Source: an uncultured Planctomycetota bacterium
GTDB taxonomy: Bacteria > Planctomycetota > Phycisphaerae > Tepidisphaerales > Tepidisphaeraceae
Length of the DNA stretch: 64,000 nucleotides
Assembly: GCA_963841915.1 (NCBI GenBank)
Contig: CAWJEN010000005.1
Span: 704,001 to 768,000, forward strand
Direction of reading: 5' to 3'
In this document: piece by piece, positions 59,210 to 64,000 of the stretch
How positions within the stretch are numbered: the stretch's first letter is position 1
Layout: each line of letters begins with the position of its first letter
Notes under the pieces: model-generated
The model's input: only the letters and a program-made list of their open reading frames with translations
What the model was told of the DNA's origin: nothing
Databases searched by the model: none
Program-made: the position numbers and the translations under genes

Positions 59210-60057
59210 TCGAGCCACTATCGCAGCCATCGCATAGGCCAGGAGCAGCACCACGACGACTACAGGTCCGGGTGGCAACGTACGTCCGACGCTGAGACCG
59301 ACCGCGACAGCCGTCGCGGCGACGAGCAGGCTCGTGAGCAACACACCGCCGAGCTGTGCGCGATGCGAACGCCGGTCGCACCTGGGATGACGAGCAACGC
59401 CGTCACCAGAATGACGCCGACGAGTCTTGACGCCAATGCTGCCGCTGCGGCGACGGCGACGAGCAGACCCAGTCGCGTGACAGTCGTGTTGATGCCTTGC
59501 AAACGGGCCGACGTGGGATCGATGCACCAGGCCAACACGTCACGCCGCCAGCAGATGAGGCCGACGACCACAGATGTCGCCAGGAGACCCGCGGCGACGG
59601 CTTCGATCACGCCGTTGGCTCCAATCGAAAGCCCGCCAAAGAGCAAGGCGTTGCCTCGGACGGGCGCAGCGTTGAATTGAGCTTCGTAGGCAGTTTGAGC
59701 GAGCAGACCGAGCGCGAGCGTGCCGACGAGGAACAGGCCGACGAAGACGTCGAAGCCTGGTTGCTTGGCGCGGTCGCGGTCGTCGACGGCTTCGTTACCG
59801 GTGGCAAGGCCGATGCCCAGCGCAACGGCCAGTGCCGCCAGCACGACGCCCGCTGCGGTGGCCTGGCTGGTTCTCAAGAAGGTCAGCCCAGGCAGCAGGC
59901 TGGCCAGAAGCCAAATAACACCCGCGCCACCGAAGCCGCTGTGGCCGATGGCTTCGCCGAGGAAGGCCCATTTGCGTTGGACGATGAGGGGCGAGACGAC
60001 GCCGCTCGCGATCGCCGCGGCCAAGGCGGCCAGCCAGTCGGTCCACGCGTATGTCAC
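59198..60057 (-). CDS. ABC-3 (ZnuB/MntB-type) metal transporter permease; frameshift near 59358
   Basis: IVQRKWAFLGEAIGHSGFGG, LLFG, DPTSARLQGI, VGVILVTALLVIPG; tail GVLLTSLLVA...LPPGPVVV in the next frame. Confidence 0.8.
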
Positions 60058-60089
60058 GGCCGCAGCCTACGGCAGGGTGCGCAACGGAA

Positions 60090-60121
60090 GTCGCCCCGAA
60101 GTTGTGAGGCTTCGGAGCGAC
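60090..60121 (-). terminator. Hairpin downstream of flagellin (probable terminator)
   Basis: GTCGCCCCGAAG-N8-CTTCGGAGCGAC. Confidence 0.6.
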
Positions 60122-60150
60122 GAAAGGGGATACAGCTTCAAGCGTCAGCT

Positions 60151-61557
60151 TTAGCCGAGCAGCGAGAGAACCCGCTGGGGCTGCTGGTTGGCCTGCGACA
60201 GAACCGTCGTCGAGGCCTGGGCCAGAATCTGGCCACGGGTCAGAGCGGCGGTTTCGACGGCGAAGTCGGCGTCGCGGATCGCACTCTCGGCCGCCGAAGC
60301 GTTCTCGAATGCAACACCGAGCTGGTTCACGGTCGAACCGATGACGAACTTCTGGAAGCTGCCGAGGCGGCCGCGAGCCTGGGAGACCTGCTTGACGGCG
60401 GCGTCGAGCGACTCCTGGGCCTTCGTGAAGTTACCGCTGGTGAGTGAGTTTGCACCACCGGAGGCGAGGCTCGAGAGGAACTGACCGTCGAGGCCGAGGC
60501 TGCCGGTGGAGACGCTGTTGATGCCGATCGAAGCCTTGTCGCTCTCGGTCGCCTTGGAGCCGAGGCTGAAGGTCGCACCACCGTCGGTGATGTCGAACTG
60601 CTTGCTGGCACCGGCAACGTTGACCGACGCGTCGTCGCTGAGGTCGAACTCGACGTCGAGGTTGGCCGAACGGAACGACACGCTGAGGCCGTCGACGCTG
60701 GCGGCGGCACCGTTGACGGTGACAGCCGCATCAACACCCGAGTCCTTGCCATCGGCGATGCCGCTGGTGCCGGAGATGGTCTTGACGCTGACGAACTCGC
60801 CCGAGCCGTACGCGGTGCTCGTGAGGTTGAGCACGGCACCGCTGACGGTGGCCTCGACACCGGTGACGTTCGTCAGAGCGTTAACAGCGGCGGCGATGCC
60901 GGCGTTGTCGGTGCTGCTGAGGAACGACAGCTGCTCGGTGCCCTTCTCACCACCGATTTCAATGGTGAAGTTGCTGGCGTGGGCGGCGGCCGACGTGTAA
61001 GCGACCTTGCCGACCTCGGCGCTGGCGGTCACGGCGACAGTGACGCTCTGGGCTGCACCGTCGGCGAGGCGAGCACTGTTGATGCTGAGGTTGCTGACGG
61101 CCGAGAGGTTGGCACCGCTCGTCTGGTAGCCGTAGCCACCGTCGAGCAGCTTCTGGCCCTGGAAGTTGACGCTGCCCGACAGACGGTTGACCGTGCTGAG
61201 GATGGCGTCGACCTGAAGCTGGTTGGCCTCGAGCTCTTCGTCGCTGAGGCCGCCGGAGTTGGCGGTCTCGGTGACGAGGCCCTGCAGCTCGTTGAGCAGG
61301 TTGCTGACTTCCGCCAGGCCACCCTCGGCCGTGGCGATCATGTTGCCGGCCCGCTCAGCGTTGCTGAGGGCGGCGGTGATGCCGGTCTTCTCGGCCCGCA
61401 GGTTCTCGCTGGCGATCAGGCCGGCCGGGTTGTCGGCACCGCTGTTGATCTTGAGGCCAGTGCTCAGCCGCTCGAGCGACTTGTTGAGCATCGAGTTGTT
61501 CTTCGCGAGGACGCGCTGGGCGACGAGCGAGTTGACGTTGGTGTTGATACGCGACAT
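60151..61557 (-). CDS. fliC: Flagellin
   Basis: MSRINTNV, SLERLSTGLKINSGADNPAGL, AESAIRDADFAVETA, QANQQPQRVLSLL. Confidence 0.97.
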   Translation of the reverse strand: MSRINTNVNSLVAQRVLAKNNSMLNKSLERLSTGLKINSGADNPAGLIASENLRAEKTGITAALSNAERAGNMIATAEGGLAEVSNLLNELQGLVTETANSGGLSDEELEANQLQVDAILSTVNRLSGSVNFQGQKLLDGGYGYQTSGANLSAVSNLSINSARLADGAAQSVTVAVTASAEVGKVAYTSAAAHASNFTIEIGGEKGTEQLSFLSSTDNAGIAAAVNALTNVTGVEATVSGAVLNLTSTAYGSGEFVSVKTISGTSGIADGKDSGVDAAVTVNGAAASVDGLSVSFRSANLDVEFDLSDDASVNVAGASKQFDITDGGATFSLGSKATESDKASIGINSVSTGSLGLDGQFLSSLASGGANSLTSGNFTKAQESLDAAVKQVSQARGRLGSFQKFVIGSTVNQLGVAFENASAAESAIRDADFAVETAALTRGQILAQASTTVLSQANQQPQRVLSLLG

Positions 61558-61885
61558 GGCGTGTGGGTCCTTCCGTGGTCCTATCCGTGGTGGTCGACGC
61601 CCTGCCTTGAGGCAAAGCGGTGCGACCTCGAGTCGCCGGCGACGTTGCCGAACGACCCGCTCCGTTGCACAGCCCCGACGCGTCGAGACCGACAAGATGC
61701 ACCCGCTGGTGAAGTGGCCGCTGCGACACGGCTGCTTCGGGGTGATGTCTTGTCGGTGGTCACCGTCGCATCATGCGAGGGTGACCCTTCGACGCAGCCT
61801 TGAGTGGGGCTGCTTGCAGTCAGTTGCCGACTGCGGGGTTCATAGTCAGGCGTGGCCAACGCGGCCTTGCATGACTTGTCCTGCC
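61558..61885 (-). ncRNA. Long structured 5' leader of fliC (candidate cis-regulatory RNA) ending in GGA motifs
   Basis: Multiple nested stems including a 10-bp perfect helix 61688-61697/61748-61757; four GGA motifs at 61568-61588. Confidence 0.5.
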
Positions 61886-61889
61886 CAAC

Positions 61890-61918
61890 TCATCGGACCG
61901 GCAGCAGGCCATGCTGAA
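61890..61918 (-). promoter_or_regulatory. Sigma28-type promoter of fliC
   Basis: Minus strand TCAG-N16-TCCGATGA directly after the csrA terminator. Confidence 0.5.
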
Positions 61919-61970
61919 CAAAAACACGCCCGCCGCGGTCGTCCGAGAATGGACAGACCGCGGCGGGCGT
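61918..61970 (-). terminator. Intrinsic terminator downstream of csrA
   Basis: 15-bp stem 61926-61940/61956-61970 followed on the minus strand by GTTTTTGTT. Confidence 0.8.
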
Positions 61971-62026
61971 TATCGGGGCAGGATCAGGGGCACGTAAAGC
62001 TGCCCTGTTGCTTCTATAGGTTGGAC

Positions 62027-62416
62027 CTACTCGTCGGCGTGGGGCGGCGGTGGCGCGGGTGGTCCACCGACCGTGTCATTGTCAGGCGGCACAGGTGACG
62101 CCGCCGCACGCGGACGCGGCTTAGGGTTGCGATTTCCCGGGCCTGCACGGCCTGGTGTCACGACACGCACCGTCGGGCGGTTGCCCTGTTGCGTCTCGGC
62201 GGCCTGGGGTGAGCGGACCACTTCACCCGGCTGCACCTGGGCGGCGGCCTGGTTTTCACGCTTGATCGCCTCGTAGACCTCTTTGCGGTGGACGGTGACT
62301 TCGCGCGGCGCGTTGATGCCGAGCCTGACTTTGTCACCGCGTATGTCGATGATGGTCACTTCGACCTCATCACCGATCATGATGGTTTCGTTGCGCTGTC
62401 GGGAGAGAACCAACAT
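62027..62416 (-). CDS. csrA: Carbon storage regulator CsrA with Pro-rich C-terminal extension
   Basis: [48 protein letters not shown] followed by the [11 protein letters not shown] helix. Confidence 0.97.
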   Translation of the reverse strand: MLVLSRQRNETIMIGDEVEVTIIDIRGDKVRLGINAPREVTVHRKEVYEAIKRENQAAAQVQPGEVVRSPQAAETQQGNRPTVRVVTPGRAGPGNRNPKPRPRAAASPVPPDNDTVGGPPAPPPPHADE

Positions 62417-62677
62417 GTTGGGCGACCTTCCGTGTGTGCCGGCTGCGTCCGTGCTGCCGGGCGTGATGTAAGTCGCAGTGCCTTTTGCGGCGTCTGCGAC
62501 CTGGCGTCCTTGCCTTTTTTGGCGGCTGCCGGGGCCCCTTGCCCAAGCCGATCCACCGCCTGCCGCCCGAGCGGCCCGACATTTTCCCCACGAAGCTAAG
62601 ATCTAAACGCCTCTGCGTCGATCCAGGTTCGGAGTTTGGCCGGGATTCTCGTCCCGACCAAAGAATCTTTGTAACGC

Positions 62678-63301
62678 TTACGCCGTTTTGCGGAGCGGTT
62701 GCTCGTTCGTCGACGCCGGCTCGATCCGCCCTGCCGTCGCGTGACCGGCCGTTGCAGCCAGTCGCAGCAGCGGCTGACGCGTTCCCCAGCGACGCTCTGT
62801 CAGGACGATCTGCTTGGCGGCAAAGGTCTCGCCGTTGATGACGAGCGGGCCCAGCAGATTGCCCGTCAGCCAGTCACCGACGCGGTTGCAGATGACCAGC
62901 ACCTGGGCCGCCTCGGGAATCGACCCGGTCTCGGCAAAGCCAAGCTCCTGGCGACACTCGCTGCGAAGCGGAATCGAGTCGGGGCCGTAGTCGGCGAACT
63001 CGGGGAGGAAGCCGCTGGGATCACAGACGACAAAGGCCAGACGAGGATCGTCAGCACTCTGAAGCCAGAAGAAGCAGTCGGCGGCTTCTTCACCGGCGAC
63101 GCCGGCTTCGCCAATGGTGCTCTCGGCGTCGGTCTGGATCAGAGCAAAGCGTTTGGCCGTCGGAAAGCCAAGCAGCCCGGAGGCGAAATGGATCACGCGG
63201 TCGGCGGCAATGTCGATCGGGCCGAAACGGGTCGTTTCGATCTGAAGGTTCTGCGCGTCGCTATTGGCGGCGTCGCCGGCGGTGGTGTTGGTCTCTTGCA
63301 T
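62678..63301 (-). CDS. fliW: Flagellar assembly factor FliW
   Basis: IETTRFG, IHFASGLLGF, FFWLQSADDPRLAFVVCDP, TGNLLGPLVIN, KQIVL. Confidence 0.92.
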   Translation of the reverse strand: MQETNTTAGDAANSDAQNLQIETTRFGPIDIAADRVIHFASGLLGFPTAKRFALIQTDAESTIGEAGVAGEEAADCFFWLQSADDPRLAFVVCDPSGFLPEFADYGPDSIPLRSECRQELGFAETGSIPEAAQVLVICNRVGDWLTGNLLGPLVINGETFAAKQIVLTERRWGTRQPLLRLAATAGHATAGRIEPASTNEQPLRKTA

Positions 63302-63411
63302 GGCGTCCGTGGGGTGCGAATGCGTCCTTGCTTGTGCGTCCGTCGATCCGTCGAGGGACGCGTTGATGGGTGGGTCCGTGGCCGCATTGTGCGGCGTCGG
63401 CTCTACCGTTG

Positions 63412-63419
63412 TTATCGGC
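63412..63419 (-). promoter_or_regulatory. Possible sigma28 -10 element upstream of fliW
   Basis: Perfect GCCGATAA on the minus strand about 110 nt before the fliW ATG; no good -35 seen. Confidence 0.4.
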
Positions 63420-63509
63420 ATCTGTGGCTGACAAGCATCAACAGAAGTCCGATCATTCGCCCCTTTTCAGTGCTGTTGAGGCCGATCGAGCTCCTTTTAT
63501 CACTTCGTG

Positions 63510-64000
63510 CTACCGCAGGTAGTCGAACAACGACTGTCCTAGCAGCCGACTCGTTGCCTGGAGCTGGGCCTGAAGGCTTGTCTGCAGCGACTGATACTCC
63601 GTGACAGCCTGGGCGTAGTCGATGTCTTCGATGCGACTGAGCAGCTCGAGCTGCACGACCTCGCCATCTGCCAGGCGGGTGCGACGTTGTTCAACTTCCT
63701 GCAGACGCCCGCCGACCTCGCCGCGGGTACTGATGGCTTGCTGTTCGCTCGCCTCGAGGCGTTCCAGCGCCTGCTGGGCTTCGGCGAAGTTGCCCAAGGT
63801 CAGCCCGCTGATGAGCGAGCGGAGGTGGCTGAACGGCCCATCGATGGCGACCGCGTTGACGTCGCGACCGGTGATGGTGTTGGCAGCAGCGGCGTTGTCG
63901 AGGCCTAGGTCGACGAGCGCTTGCGAGTCGCCCACGGTGCTGGCGGTGGTGACGTTTGTCAGCACAAAACCGGGTGCGGCAGGATCGAAGCTTGCCACGG
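63510..64000 (-). CDS. flgL: Hook-associated protein FlgL, C-terminal part (truncated by window edge)
   Basis: RGEVGGRLQ...LSRIEDIDYAQAV...SLFDYLR flagellin-C-like tail, upstream of fliW. Confidence 0.88.
   Translation of the reverse strand, partial: VASFDPAAPGFVLTNVTTASTVGDSQALVDLGLDNAAAANTITGRDVNAVAIDGPFSHLRSLISGLTLGNFAEAQQALERLEASEQQAISTRGEVGGRLQEVEQRRTRLADGEVVQLELLSRIEDIDYAQAVTEYQSLQTSLQAQLQATSRLLGQSLFDYLR

Noticed and set aside
61558..61885. c-di-GMP-I/II riboswitch in the fliC leader
   Set aside because: I could not find the GGCAAAC..GAAA..GACGCAAAGC-type signature; kept only as an unknown structured RNA
1..64000. Very frequent GTCGAC/TCGA/CGATCG as a HIP1-like motif
   Set aside because: Plausibly explained by GTC/ATC/CTC + GAC/GAG codon usage; cannot be tested without a codon-controlled count
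1..64000. tRNA, rRNA, transposase, integrase, phage or known defence genes
   Set aside because: None recognised in the ORFs or intergenic regions

Overview
High-GC chromosomal segment. The gene content points to a Planctomycetota bacterium, probably Phycisphaerae/Tepidisphaerales-like (PEP-CTERM plus dockerin-like protein, secreted prenyltransferase-repeat protein, sulfatase, FliW-CsrA); this is inferred from gene content only. About 55 CDS are present, mostly housekeeping (PBP2, rimO, folC, acpS, comM, ldhA, rpoN, copA, DinG, pdxJ, dciA, dnaN, hrpB), ending in a flagellar cluster (flgL-fliW-csrA-fliC). I recognised no rRNA, tRNA, CRISPR array, transposase or prophage. The window looks origin-proximal: there are three parS palindromes at 35.7-37.2 kb, and a 630-bp non-coding region upstream of dnaN (no dnaA beside it) carries a DnaA-box/GC-spacer/DnaA-trio-like element and five GGCGCGCC palindromes. 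Other highlights: (1) a ~320-nt highly structured flagellin leader; (2) ANGGA CsrA-type motifs in the fliW, csrA and fliC leaders; (3) a hybrid kinase with a divergent ethylene-receptor (ETR1)-like membrane sensor; (4) REP/REPIN-like hairpin elements; (5) a coupled partner-HTTM-DCC1 operon; (6) a degenerate GT41-like protein; (7) two ATPases that have lost their Cys zinc motifs. Four genes carry single frameshifts, most likely assembly indels. All calls come from reading the sequence; no database searches were run.
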